From Antechinus flavipes (taxonomy: Eukaryota), in the NCBI RefSeq assembly GCF_016432865.1, contig NC_067400.1, positions 404,984,001 to 405,048,000 on the forward strand: a stretch of DNA of 64,000 bases. The letters are read 5' to 3'. Each line of letters opens with the position of its first letter. Position 1 is the first letter of the stretch. Under the pieces are notes generated by a model, which did not search any database, had not been told where the DNA came from, and saw only the letters and a list, made by a program, of their open reading frames with translations. Positions 24,777-37,700 of this stretch are shown here, one piece after another. The translations under genes were made by a program, and so were the position numbers.

Positions 24777-25296
24777 TGTTGTGCCACAGTTTCCCTAAAT
24801 TGTCTTGCCTCCAGTTTCCCTAAATTGTCCTGCCTCAGTTTACATGAATTGTTCTGCTTCAATTTCCCCCTTCCTGATTATTAGGACTGAGATAACTTAG
24901 GGTCATAAACTGTAAATGTTTACTCTCAGACAAGGGAGAGATCTTCTATTTCAGAAATCCTGGCTCCTAAGTCCTCCTAAATTATCAAGAATTTATGGTA
25001 CTCACCCCCGCAACCTGTCAGAACCGGACTTATGGTCTGTTCCTGGAAATTCCTGCTCACCAGTGTTCGGACTCCATCCCTTGCCTCCTTTGTCTCATTT
25101 GATCACTACAGCCATATATAAATCATTGGAACCTCACATATGATGCTGAATTCTTTGAAATGAAAGTCCAATTCAGCTCTGGGGGAAAAAAAATGAATTC
25201 TGATTTGCCCCCAGACAATCTCTTCCACTCATAAATTAAAATAAAATATTAAATACTCTCTAAACCCTATCTTCCCTCAGTTTCTCTGGTATTACA
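24777..25296 (+). mobile_element. Solo ERV LTR (520 bp) inserted into a MIR
   Basis: TG...CA termini (tgttgtgcc...ggtattaca). 4-bp TSD actc at 24773-24776 and 25297-25300. TATA-like tatataaa at about 25116 and aataaa at about 25240. MIR sequence continues on both sides. Confidence 0.85.
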
Positions 25297-25739
25297 ACTC
25301 TACTATATTTTACTGCCTCCCTGCTGTGTATCTAGTCTTAATGCTGTCATTTATCAGAACCACATGCAATGAATTTAATGAGAAAGTTATACTTGGAATA
25401 TTTCTGCAAATTCCTTACCGAACATATTGGTGCTGATTTCTCTGCTAAGAGGACTTCATTAATGCTAAGGGGACAATTCAACACATTGGCTTAACATTTT
25501 CATAAATTGTCATTTAGTTCTTAGCCCTGTCCTTGCTATTATTCCACCCTCCAAAGCAGAGCTAAGAAATCATGCCCAGAATTAATTCTGAATTCTCTGT
25601 TCATTTCTCACTCTCTTTACCCCTTTCCCTCTACTCCCAAATTACACTTCTTGGTTGAAGAAGTATAAAATCTTGCATTGCCTTCAGAAAGTCCTTATGA
25701 ATCAAATTCCATAAGGTTCCATTCACTAATCCTGTAATT

Positions 25740-25910
25740 TCCCAGACTATAGTATCTTCTGTAGACACTATTTCCCAAATGTGTTGTCTCCCTTAATTGG
25801 ATGTTAATCCCTTGTGGGCAGGGATTATCTCACTTTTGTATTTGTTTCCCCACTACTTTACGCAGTCCTTGGCACACAGTAAGTACTTAATGCATTGTTT
25901 TTTCATTCAT
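25740..25910 (+). mobile_element. L2 3' terminus
   Basis: tgtgggcagggattatctcacttttgtatttg...cttggcacacagtaagtacttaatgc...ttcattcatt. Confidence 0.75.
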
Positions 25911-26094
25911 TAAACTGATTAAGTACAAGGGTTTTGATATATGTAGCAAAAGGAGTTTTGATATGTTCAAGAGACAAGAATTTTGGTCCCAGATTTGGTC
26001 CTACTTAGCGATTTGATCATGGGCAAGTCATTTGGCTGCTCCGAATCTGAGGTTCCTTGTCTGTAAAGACTGGTCCTACCTCCATCAGGATTAC

Positions 26095-26400
26095 TTTCAC
26101 AAAAATCAGTCAACAGGTCAATAGATAAGCATTTATTATGTACTTACCATATGCCAAGTACCTTATTAAATGCAAGGGACACAAATACCAGCAAAAACAG
26201 AGTTCCTGCCTTCAGGGACCTTAAATCTTGAGAGAAGAGACTTGGAATGGATATGTAGCAAAGTCCAGGAAAGGGTAAGTGATCTCTGTCCTTCCCCAAA
26301 ATGGAAGTTCAAGGAAGAGACTACTAATGGGAAAATGATACTTCCAGAGAGTCTAAGAGAAAAGATTTTTAAATTGTGATGATAGAATCCAGAGAAAATA
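26095..26400 (-). mobile_element. L2 3' terminus
   Basis: aatcagtcaac...aagcatttattatgtacttaccatatgccaagtacc...gttcctgccttcagggacctta. Confidence 0.75.
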
Positions 26401-26959
26401 CTTCCAAAATTCAGTAATATGACATAAATGTGAGTTCAATAAAGGTGAAACTATGCGACTCAAAACCAGTAGAATTCAATTCTTTATTTTGTAACACTTG
26501 CAGGAAGATTTATTTTACTTGTGATCAGGGTACTCTATAAATGTACATTAATCATAATATACCCTGTGCTGTTTTGACATTATGCTCCAAATGTTTTGTA
26601 TTCTTGCACAAAGTCCTTAATAAACATACATTTATTTGAATGGAAACTGCCTAACTTAACCTGATCCAGTCACATGCAATGACTGATAATCATAAGATTA
26701 GCAATAATACTATTTCCTCTTTTTATGTAGTGCTGGATAGTATTATAAGTGCCACACAGCTCTAAAGAAATAAATATCAATATTCTGCTTCAAATAATTG
26801 GAAAACAGGTATAAAACCACTAAAGCAACTCTTTCCTTCAAATTTTTAAATTACTACATTCTTTTGTCATTGTCTTATACTTGTTTACTCAGTATCCTCC
26901 AAATAAACTACTCTCAGATTCAAGAATACTAGAGAGATCTGAGGGCAAAAGTCATGACA

Positions 26960-27191
26960 TTCTGTTAGAAAAATATGGAAAGACAAACCTATGAAGGAAG
27001 ATGTTATCCACCTTCAAAGAAACAGAGAACAAAAAAGCATAGTACAATATAACATAGATGTATATTAATGTATATGTGTACATATGTATGTGAGTACAGA
27101 TATCTATGTATGTGTATATTTTGTACATGTTTGTGTGTATGTGTGTATATATCTGTATGTATAAGTACATATGTGTATGCGTATATATGTA

Positions 27192-27227
<36 letters not shown>

Positions 27228-27525
27228 GATAGATAGATAGATTAAATAAATATACCCATGCTTAATTGTAGCCTTCTTCAGGATGAAGGAAAAAAAAAGA
27301 ATAAAGTAACAAGTGTACAGCAGAGTACAAAGAAAAACTGACAAGGAAACAAAGAAAAGATGAATATTTCTAACCATAACATGTAGTATTTATTATATAG
27401 ATTTGCTCAAAATGGAAACTTATTGGTATTCATTTTGAATCTTATATTCTGCTGTGCACTTGGCAATCCACCCCCCTTTTCCTAGTTTGATTTAAGTTTT
27501 AAATAAATAAATAAAAGGGGAAAAA
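26960..27525 (+). mobile_element. Old L1 3'UTR with expanded (TA/TG)n-(TAGA)n microsatellite
   Basis: Homologous to 9780-10230 (aaaatatggaaagac...ctatgaaggaagatgttatccacc, attctgctgtgcac). Low-complexity tract at about 27060-27242. Confidence 0.65.
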
Positions 27526-28854
27526 AACATGAAAGCCTAACATAGAGCCAGAAATTTCCTTTTTGACTATGGGAGATACAATTGGCATATGGGAAAAGGG
27601 AAGTGAGGGAAACCATACAAAGTGAATCTCATCCAAAAAGGAGAATCAAAAGATCCCAATACCTAAATCTAAATAATACCTAATCATATTAAACAAGGAT
27701 ACAAGATAGATTATGGAACGATTAATAGGCAAGAAGATTTCCAACATGAGAATATGGTAGGTAAAACATTTAAAATCAAAGACACTTGCCTCTTGCCTAA
27801 GGCAATCTGTGTGAAACAGGGTTGAGACCCAGACTTGGGGGAATACTTGGACATTTTGCTTCTTAAAATACTTAAACTTTCCTTTGACTGGTGGAGTATT
27901 AAGATTGGGAGTAGTCTGGAGGCAAGGTTTGCTTAGAATGACCTGATGAATCCCCCTCCTTGCTTAGCTATTTGAGACATTAGACCTTGGATTCTAAAAT
28001 GGTGTATAGGGTACCTGAGCAAACTCACAATAGCTCCAAGTGATATCTCAATTTTTTGAGAGAAACACAGTGAGGCTCAATATCTGTTAACTTTTAATAT
28101 TTCTAGTTAGAGTTAGTTGAGTTTTAATAAAAATAAAATTGATCTTCATTTCTTTTGATGATGATCTAGAATGTTTGAGACGTTTTTGTTTGCTTGTATT
28201 TTCAGGGACATCAATAATTTATCTCTTAACATGCTATATCTTGGCAAGATTATGCTATAAGACCTATGTGAAAATCAATATGGAACATGAAATGACAATA
28301 GTGGTGTCTAGTGTAATTCCAAGTTTTGATAATCTGTTCAGTGTTCAACAGAAACACACACATAAGCAATTAGTAGTTCTAATTATTGAAGAATAAGATG
28401 TTTTAAAATTTTATTTGTGTTTACTATTTTTCAAATGTGTACTAAGTTGTTAGACATATTAAATTATTTAGACTTAACTGCTTTGTAAATAGCACAGTTA
28501 GATATTTCTTTTGACCTAGGGGATGCCATGAAAAAATTACTGAGATGCTATGGTCACTATGAAGCAAAAAATTCAGGAACACTGAATTAGACCAATTTCC
28601 ACTGTTCTGATCCCTCTTCCTTCTTCCACCAAAAAGGTCAAACTTCATCAAACTGGCTTAAAGAGCTGAAATTTGGAGTCTGGAATTAGTTTCTAGTACC
28701 TGCTCTTACACTAACTCTGAGTCTGCCTTCTCCATAATATGAGAGGTTTGGACAAGATACTCCATGATATTATTTCTATTCTGATATTCAGTAAATCTTT
28801 GAAATCTTGTCTCCATTTGACTCAATTCCAATTAGAATTTGTTATGAGTTCAAA

Positions 28855-29432
28855 TGTTGGAGTTCTTGTTCTTCTCAGAACACAGCCGGTTTAGCTTAGG
28901 GCCCTCCGAGTATCTCCAAATCCAAAGGTTCTGTCCTTCAGCCTCTGCCTCTGCTTTCTTCAGCTTCCAACCAACACAGAGATGGAATGTCTCTCTTGTC
29001 TCCTTCTGGGGAGCCCAGCCACCAGCTACAGTGGTGTGAGATGAAGATGAATCTGGTTGTCCACTGAACTCTCCACTTGTAGCTTTATCCTCTGAAAACT
29101 CTTTGTCTGCCACCAGCCAGCCAAGAGGAAAAAAAATGTATTCTGGAATGGCTGTCTCGCCTTATATGTGAATCTTCTGAGAGAATGGGATTATGGGTTT
29201 TCTCCCATAGTGCTCTCTGGCCCAAAGAGCTTTAAGGGAGGTGTGAACTCCCTTGAAGTTAGAAAGTTTACTTTGTGAAGCTGGCATACTTGTGAACTCC
29301 AATGAGTAAAGGTGTGAACACAAGCCTTGTATTAATTAGTTCTACTTAGTACCTTGTTTCAGGTTCTGGCCAAAATCTTCTTGTAAAATTAGATCAACTC
29401 TAATTAGTTAGCAGTTAGTAAGGATTCCAACA
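28855..29432 (-). mobile_element. Solo ERV LTR (578 bp)
   Basis: Perfect 7-bp terminal inverted repeat TGTTGGA...TCCAACA. GC-richer interior. TATA-like catataag on the minus strand at about 29161-29168. No clear TSD; orientation inferred from the TATA position. Confidence 0.75.
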
Positions 29433-30461
29433 AGAATTGAATGAGTTTTCCTCTATAACTCCAGACAAATCATTTCTCTAATGTGGAACTTCAGTTTCCT
29501 ATTCTATAAAATAATGGAGCAGGACTGTGTTAGATCTGAGGTTCCCTCTTGCTCTCAAATGATCATCTGAGAATCATTATGGGTTTTTGGTTCCAAAAGG
29601 GGCAAAAGGGAATTGGTTCCAAGCCCCTCTCAAATGCCTCTATTAAAGTAGTTATCTATTCTCTGTAAAGATTATCATTCTACCTTTATTACCCTAGGGA
29701 TTAGGTTTCTTAAAAGGAAAGAGTAAGAAATAACTAGTTATTCATGATAACTAGGTATTAAGTTCAATGTAAGTAGGTTACTCCTAAATAGTTCTATTCT
29801 CAGGAGAAACTTTTTCTTTTCTTTTCTCTTTTTCTTTTTTCTTTCTTTTTTTTTTTGGTCATAGATTCCTTTGGCAGTCTGGTGATGCATATGGACTTCT
29901 TAGAATAATGTTTTTAAATACATAAAATTAAACACATAGGATTACAAATAAAACCAATTAAGTAAGAACAGAGATTTCAATTTTTTAAAAATAAGTCCAT
30001 ATTCCCTAAGCTAAAAATTAATATTAGACAAAGTGGTACAGATTGGATAACCTCCTTAGGCAATTCCTTGGGTCTCTATTTAACTCTGCACCAAGGATTC
30101 CAATTCATCATCCAATTGAAAGTGCATTTTGTGCCCTTTTGCCTTGGGTCTGTTTCAGGTGAAAATAAATTATGGTTTTTATGGTTAAAATTGTGTTATT
30201 TTATAATAACAGTTTTAATGCTTACTATAAAACTTTGTTCTCCAAAAGAATTCCCAACACATCTGTGATCAACTTCTAGAGTTAAAAAAAAATGATCTAT
30301 AAAGAGTTAGAAATGGGGTATCATCTTATAGACTCAAAATGTGTTCTCTGGTCCTACGTTAAAAAAAAAAAATAATAGAAGATGAACTTTGACTGAATGT
30401 CTGCAAGGAAATCAAACATACTGAAGATATATCCCCACAGGTATCTTTTTTCCCCCTGAAG

Positions 30462-30590
30462 CAGTTGTGATTAATTGACTTGCCCAGGGTCATACACAGG
30501 AAGTGTTAAGTGTCTGAGTCCAGATTTGAACTGAGATCCTCCTGACTTCAGGGCTCATGCTTTATCCACTGCACCACCTAGCTGCCCTCC
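30462..30590 (-). mobile_element. Short CORE-SINE (WSINE1/MAR1-like)
   Basis: tgacttgcccagggtcatacac...gatttgaactgagatcctcctgacttcagg...tccactgcaccacctagctgccc, well preserved. Confidence 0.85.
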
Positions 30591-31702
30591 CATAGGTATC
30601 TTTAAAAGTTTTAAATGTATAACATCTGTTCAACACTACAAAATATCATATTTTGATTTTTTTAAGAAGTAAAATACATAATCCACAGAAAAAAGGAAGC
30701 TAAAATATGCCAAAGGGCATTAAAAAAAAAAAGAAAGACTTAAAAGAGTTATGTTATTTGATTTAAACTTAGGCTAAATTTTCAAACCATTAACTTCAAT
30801 CCCCAGTATTACTAAATGACATTTTCTATTTTTATGGAGTTATTTTTTAGTCACAGGCACCATTTGCCAAAATAAGTTTTTGACTAAAATCCTGGGGTGT
30901 AATGGGTATGAAAATACTTTGAACAATTTGTTATTTTAAGTTGAAAAGTCCAGTTTTGGATATAGTCCCAAGTATGTTTCCATATGTTATGTTTAACAAT
31001 TTCAATATAATGGACCGCTAATTTTCCAAGAACATTCAGACTCTAAGTGGAATATAATGATAATACTACTGCATCAAGAAGTTATTAAAAAGCTGATTAT
31101 GTCAAAACACTGTGCCAGGATTTATGGTAAAAATGAGACGTAGGATATGGTTCATTTCCTTAAGATTCTTAAAGTTTCCTTGAACAAAGTTAAAATATAT
31201 AGCAAATAGCAATAGCTAATGAATAATTAGTAGCTAAAACCACTGTAAGAGCCAATATGGTATATAAAATGGATTAAGATATGACTTTGCAATTAAGGAG
31301 ACCAAGGTTTAAGTCTTCCTGAATTGGGACCTGGGTACTTCTGTATTTTTAGAATATATCATATTATACCATATTTCACAATATATTTTACATGGATAAA
31401 TAATCTTAATATTAAAGATCATACTATTAAAATTTTTTAAAAGAAGCAGATCATATTTTCTAATAGCTATGAATTGGAAATACATTCTTAAACAAAAAAT
31501 AGGAGTAATTATGAAAGATAAAAATATATAAGTATATGAAAATGAGAAGTTTCTATATAGATAAAAATTAATGTACTTAGAATAAGAAGGGAAGCAGGGA
31601 AAGGGGAAAATACTTTAATATGTCTTTGCATTTTTTAAGAGTTTCATATTCAAGATAAATAAGCTAAATATATCAGATAGATGATAAATATATAACATAA
31701 GA

Positions 31703-31708
31703 GACAGA

Positions 31709-31744
<36 letters not shown>

Positions 31745-31755
31745 TAGATAGATAG
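31703..31755 (+). repeat. Compound (GATA)n(GACA)n tetranucleotide microsatellite
   Basis: Seen directly in the sequence. Confidence 0.95.
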
Positions 31756-31811
31756 TAATTCCCCAAAAGACAAGAGGTTAAAGAATAGGAACAAACAATT
31801 CTCATTGCAAT

Positions 31812-31950
31812 GGTGGCAGTTAGGTGATACAATAGATAAAGCATCATTCCTGGTATCAGGAATATCTGAGTTTAATTCCAGATTCAGACACTTGACACTT
31901 ACTAGTTATGTGACCCTTAGCAAATCATTTAATCCTAATTTCCTCACCAG
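31812..31950 (+). mobile_element. Short CORE-SINE (WSINE1-like)
   Basis: ggcagttaggtgatacaatagataaagc...tcagacacttgacacttactagttatgtgaccctt...aatcatttaatcctaat. Confidence 0.8.
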
Positions 31951-31984
31951 AAAAGAGGGGATTGCAAAACATTTCCAATAATAT

Positions 31985-32420
31985 AAAAGAATTCTCCAAA
32001 TTAATAATAAGAGAAATACAAATCAAAATAACTATTTTACCTCACACCCTACAAATGGGCAAAAATAGCAAAAAAAGGTAATAGTTAACATTGTAGTGGT
32101 TGTAGAATGATAAGCACACTACTACATCATTAGTGAAACTGTGAGATGATAAAGCCAATTTGGAATTATGCAAATAAATTAGCAAAAATGCCCAAACCCT
32201 TTGAACCAGAGATTCCTTTACTGGGCTTTTATCCCAAGGAAGTCTTTGAAAAGAAAAAAGTCTTAATATATACCAAAATATTTATAGCAGTACTTTTTTG
32301 TAATAGCAAATTCAGAAACAAATTAGATATCCATTGTCCTATATGAATGTAATAAAACAAATTATGTATGTGATGAGTACAGCAAAACAAAAAGATCTAA
32401 ATGAACAGATGCAAAATAAA
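31985..32420 (+). mobile_element. Old L1 ORF2 C-terminal / 3' fragment
   Basis: ORF 32146-32346 has IWNYA...KPFEPEIPLLGFYPKE...YTKIFIAVLF, homologous to the L1 ORF2p C-terminus. agaaatacaaatcaaaataact resembles EMQIKTT. Confidence 0.85.
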
Positions 32421-32429
32421 ACAATAGAC

Positions 32430-34600
32430 AGTTCTTACTTTACTTAAATGAACCTTTCATCAGATCTCTACTTTAAAGTGATATTTATGTAATACAAATC
32501 TGTCCCTACCCTCCCCCTTCACTTAGCCTATATAATAAAGGTACACAAAATAATAAGTTTACATAAGTCATAACATGTAGACATATTAAATACTAAAATA
32601 AAATTATGGAACAAAAAGTAAAGTTAATGATAAAGTACATAAAGCAAAGTTAACAAAAGTCTGCAGTATTTTGCCCCTGACTTACTTACTGGACCTAGCC
32701 TTTATCACCTTGTGGTGGGTAGCTCATTTTGTTTTTCTAATGAAGATGTTAAGAGATGTTTGAACAGTGGCTATTTTTTAAATGTAAATATTCTCAATAT
32801 TATTCTCAATTAGTCTTAGAACTTTTAAAAATCTTGAAGTAGCTAATCAATCTTTTTAACAAAAAAAAATAATAATTCACTCAAATGATGAAATAAATGC
32901 TTCTGCCAACTGGTTGTGAACCTTTTTGGTGAGGCTTTGGGTTCCTAAGCTCCCCTTCTTCTGCAAGCTCTGCAGCTAATAGTAGCTCAATCAAATCCTC
33001 ATTCTTCATTTCTTCTCCAAGAAACTCAATTAGCTCCTCCACATCATCTAATTCACTTCTAAATCCAATTCTTGTGCTAATTTTTCAATCTTATTACTCA
33101 TGTCTTCAAATGTTTTATCTTTATAAAATCCACAAAAGTCAGAACAAATTGTAGACATATTTTTTCCCCAAAACCCTCTTTATATAAGCTTCCTTTAAAT
33201 CTTCCCAAGCCTTAACAATATTCTGGATTATACAGTAAATACTATAGGATTTCCAGAAATCTCTCATTGTCAAGTCCTTATCTGCATCCAAAGCTGCAAT
33301 TGCCTGAGCAAATGTAGTGCATAAATAATATAACTTGAAATATTCAATCATTCCCAGATCCAGAGGTTGTAATAATGAAGTAGTGTTAGCAGGAAGATAG
33401 ACCACTTTTACATTTTTATTAAAATCAGCCAGATGGGGAAGGTGACCTGGAGCATTATCCAAAATAAGTACAATCTTGAAAAGAATGCTATTATCATTAC
33501 AAAACATTAGACTTTGGGAAAGAAGTAGTACATAAACCATTGTTCAAAAATGGTGAAGGTTATCCACGCTTTAGAGTTAACGAAATAATACATAGTAGTG
33601 TTGCCTTGCTGATTCCTTTCAATACTGTGGGATTTTCTGAGTGGTGCATAAGAAGAAATTTTAATTTGTAAGCCCCAGATGCATTATTTCCAAGTAGAAG
33701 AATAAGAATTTTTCAAACCTTTAATGCCCAGCTAGTCTTTTCCTCCACTGAAATATAGGTTTGAGATGGCATTCTTTGATAAAAATAAGCCAGTTTAGTC
33801 CACATTAAAGATTTGTTCTGGCAAGTAGAGACCTCTATCTATTATTTTTTGCAGGAACTCTGGCAACTTCTTTGTGGCTTTAATATCTGCACTCACAGCT
33901 TTTCTGACACTTGCACATTATGAAATACTGCACGATTTTTAAAATTGGGCAAAACAACCACAGCATGATGTAAATACCTGTATTTCTTCAGGATTCTTTA
34001 CCTTTAAATGTTCAAAAAGGCTTAGAGCTTTGACTTGAATTGTCATCAAATTTAAAGGAATATTCTTCTGAGTCTGCTCTTCTATCCAAATAGTTAATGG
34101 TTTCTCCATATCTAGAACAGCACCTATTCTTTGTTTCAATAGATAAGTCACATTCATGCAAACACTGCTTTTATCAGAGCAGCAACATCTTTGACTATGG
34201 TGTTCATAGCTGACACAGCAATATTAAGTTCATATGCTATCAATGATAATTTTTGTCTTCCTTCAAATTTTCTGATTATTTTCCTTTTCTAAGTCTTTTT
34301 ATAAAGCTTATGCTTACAAGACAGTCCACTTTTCCTATCAAGAGCACATTTGCCAACATTCATGGGAAAAATAAAAGGATCACTATTGAACACAGGGGAG
34401 GGGCACAGTATCATTCATTATCTTCAGACATACGAGAATTTCTTGTATACTTATCACTTTCCAACACTATGGTATTATATAGCATCTGCTTTGGGTAAAA
34501 AATTTTTCTAATTTTTTTTTGGAATAAGGATTTCTTTAGGAATCCTTTACATAAAATCAAATGTGTGTAACAGAAATTTGCTTCAAAGTGAGAATAGTTT
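32430..34600 (-). mobile_element. Near full-length decayed Tigger/pogo (Tc1-mariner) DNA transposon
   Basis: HTH CENP-B-like DMEKPLTIWIEEQTQKNIPL (33939-34157); YLPEQIFNVD*TGLF (about 33770-33830); LLLGNNASG...HHSENP; LILDNAPGH and LPANTTSLLQPLDLGMI (33139-33540). Possible degenerate TIRs: acagttcttacttt (about 32428) and aaagtgagaatagt (about 34585-34598). Confidence 0.9.
33139..33540 (-). pseudogene. Tigger transposase DDE_1 domain fragment (133 aa open segment)
   Basis: DNAPGH and QPLD catalytic-region motifs are present. Upstream segments are broken by stops and frameshifts, and the DET codon is replaced by TAA. Confidence 0.9.
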
Positions 34601-34799
34601 ATATACACAATGTCTACAACGATTAATATCACAAAATTCCAAAGGTCAAAAATTATTCAAGTAAAGAACTACTAAAAGAAACCCCAAATCCATCCCTTTT
34701 TGATGGTAGAAGGCCATAGTTATTACACATTATATGTGGTTTTGGATGCCTTTTCAATGAATAGATTAGTCATACTGATTTTTTTTTTCCTTCTTTCAC

Positions 34800-34827
34800 T
34801 TTTTTTTTTTTTTTTTTTTTTTTTTTT
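34800..34827 (+). repeat. Poly-T run (about 28 nt)
   Basis: Seen directly in the sequence. Confidence 0.95.
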
Positions 34828-35246
34828 GTCTTTAAAAAGTACTATTGCTATATGGGATGGTTCTCTGAGAGACTGAAGAGAAAGGATACTGGAGAAACCT
34901 ATGATGACACAAGAAATAGAAGACATCAATACAAACTTGTCTGTAAAATATATATATACTACTACTACTACCTACATGACTGAGCATATTATTTAACCTC
35001 TCAGATTCCCAGGCAATTATCTAAAATATTAAGTTGTTTGTTTTTTTTTTTTAATTGCTAATTTTCATGGAGGGTAAGGGAGTGAGAGGAGCTATTTTTA
35101 TAAGGAAAACAGAGAAAGAGAGATATACAGAAAGATCCAGAAATGAGAGGAACTTCTACAAAAAAAAATCACTAGTACTAAGATAAAGAATTTAAGTAGG
35201 AAAGGATCTCAGCAACCATCATAGTAGAATCTTTGCCTGGAATAAA

Positions 35247-35485
35247 TTGTTGTTGCTCCACAGTCTGACTCTGACCCTGTTTGGGGTTTTCTTGGAAAAG
35301 ACACTGGAGTGGTTTGCAATTTCTTTCACTAGTTCATTTTATATAGGAGAAAACTGTGTAAAAATACTTAATTGACTTGTCCAGCATCACACTAATAGTA
35401 TCTGAAGCCATTTTTGAACTCAGGAAAGTGAATATTTCTAACTCCAGGCGAGAGAGTTCTATTCACTGTCACCTAACTGCCCCAT
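35247..35485 (-). mobile_element. MAR1-type SINE
   Basis: ttgttgttg...gaccctgtttggggttttcttgg...ggagtggtttgcaatttc...gaactcaggaaag...tcacctaactgcccc. Confidence 0.85.
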
Positions 35486-36329
35486 GACACTACATATTCT
35501 GTTACTGTTGCTTCATTATCTCTGAAAATTCTGCCTCTCTAAATGAAAGCAAAGATCAGAGTAGTCTTTATGGCTTTCATTATATCACAATACTGACTCA
35601 TATGGAATCATTAAAACCAAGAGGTCACTTTAGAAGGAAATACAATCTAATAATCTTCCCCCATCTAATATATGTGAATTTGGATTCAGATTTTTGGTGA
35701 TTGGTCTCTAAGTTTTTTTTGTTGTTGTTGTTTTTTTTTTCTTAAGTTTAAGACTTGAAAAATATTCACATTAAATCTGAACTGAGAATCAGAGATCAAA
35801 GCTGGGAAAGGTCCTCAGACTGCCTGTTCCAATTCCCCATTTTATAGAAAAGGAAACAAAGATAAGTGGCTTGCTCAAGGTAACAGAGATTAAGTTACAA
35901 TCAGATTTCAAACTCAGTTCCTCTTACACCAAGGTAAGAACTTTTTCCATTGCACCAAATAGCTCCTTTGTCAATAATTTTTAAAAGAATGATTCTGTCA
36001 CCTAGAATGTTAATTCTTTTTCCCTGTTTCATGTTATCTGAAAATCTGATCTGTGCCATCTATGTCTTTATTTAAATCACTGATTTTAAAAACTGGGCTT
36101 TTTAATTTTTTAAATACAGCAGTAGTCCAACCACCTGAGCAAACCATTGGAGAGCTTTTCTGCTAAGTGCATACCATTAATGATTACTCTCAGTTCTGTT
36201 AACCAAATCATTCTCAGTCCATCTATCTAACTGTATTATTATAAAGCTCACACACAGCTTTCTATATTTTCTATAAGAATAGCATAATATCATTTTTTTC
36301 AAGTATTTGCTAAAAATTTAAGCAAACCA

Positions 36330-37700
36330 TATCTAAGTCCGTTAGATCATTCTGTGAGAAGGGAAAGTAAGATAAGTCAGGCACTATCTAGTCTTCCTTA
36401 ATCCATGCTGCCTTTTGGAAATCATGCTTCCTTTTCTAGATCTCTTTAGTGACTCTTTTTAAAATTTTTCCAAGAATTGAAGTCAAATTTACTACACTAT
36501 GGTTTACAGAATCTATTAGCTTCCCTTGTTTTGAAAATCAAGATCATTGCAATCCATGAATCATTATGGCATCTCTCATACTCTCCACACTATTTCAATT
36601 TGTAATGACTTGACAATTATATCTGACAGTTCTCAGTTATAGTTCATGGAAAGTAAGAGAATCAAATCCATCCCAATTATTTCTTTATTTATATTGGATA
36701 TTAAGTTCTTATTAGCCAATTTTGAGTATTCATTTCCAGTGGAAAGGTCATTCTTCTTGGTATAGAAAACAGAAACATAATCAAAATGGAAGTACCCATT
36801 CTTCTCTCTATTCTTAATTACTATTATCTTATCTATCCCAAATATAGTCCTAGTCCTACTTTCCTTTCCTCTTTATCCTATTGGAAAAATAAGGATTTTA
36901 TTTGAGATTTTACTGAAGACACTCCCTGATAAGAAAAATCCCTTCATCAATACAGATCAGCTTCTAGGCAACATATAATTTTAGAGAGTTGCCCAGATCA
37001 AAGGTGTCAACCTTAAGGTCTACTGGCTATAAGCCATAATTAGGAAATAATTAGCAAAAGAAATAAAAAATATAACATAGATGATATTATTTGTAGTTTT
37101 CCAGTTAAATCTTTCAATTTGAAATTGATACCACTGGTTAGATCCTTTCTCAGGATCATATAACTAGTAAGTGTCTCAGATCAAATTTGAACTCTTGAGG
37201 ATGAGTCTTCCTGTTTCTAGGTTCAGTGTTCAGTGGGCTATCTAGAGTCTAAGCAACTTGTCCCCATCATCACAGAGAAGCAGTGCTTGAACTTAGTTCT
37301 TAAAATTAACTTTTTTATTATCCATGGCTTTCTTCTCAAGCATTAGCTCATTCTTAGCTTTAGCACTCTTGACAACAGTGTTATGGGACAAGTCTAATAT
37401 CTTAATTCATTTTCTGTTAATTACTCTTTCTCCTATCTTCTATGCATATTTTTAATCTAAGTTCATTATTAAGTTTCCTATGTATAACATTAGTCTCTTC
37501 AGTCAGCTTTTATTTTTTCTTGTCATTAGAAACATTTTCCTTTGTGTATACATAATTTTGTTTTTGAAAGTTTCCCATACTTTCTGAATTTATTTACACT
37601 GGAGAATTTTAGTTAATGAATTTTCTTTCTCGTTCTTGTGACCCTTTTGAAATCTGCATTTTGAAAATCTAGGTAACTTGCTAGACAATACCTATTTTCT
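36330..37700 (-). mobile_element. L3/CR1 LINE ORF2 fragments, with a SINE inserted at about 37120-37240
   Basis: Minus strand at about 37310-37385 reads VVKSAKAKNELMLEKKAMDNKKV, like the CR1 KAKAQLELRLARDVKDNKK motif. 36330-36560 resembles the reverse complement of the CR1 RT N-terminal region. Confidence 0.7.

Noticed and set aside
27760-28140. Possible additional diverged LTR
   Set aside because: LTR-like composition, but I could not define TG...CA ends or a TSD.
34770-34840. Branch point plus very long pyrimidine tract as a splice acceptor
   Set aside because: The downstream sequence has no coding character. It is more simply a poly-T run or retrotransposon tail.
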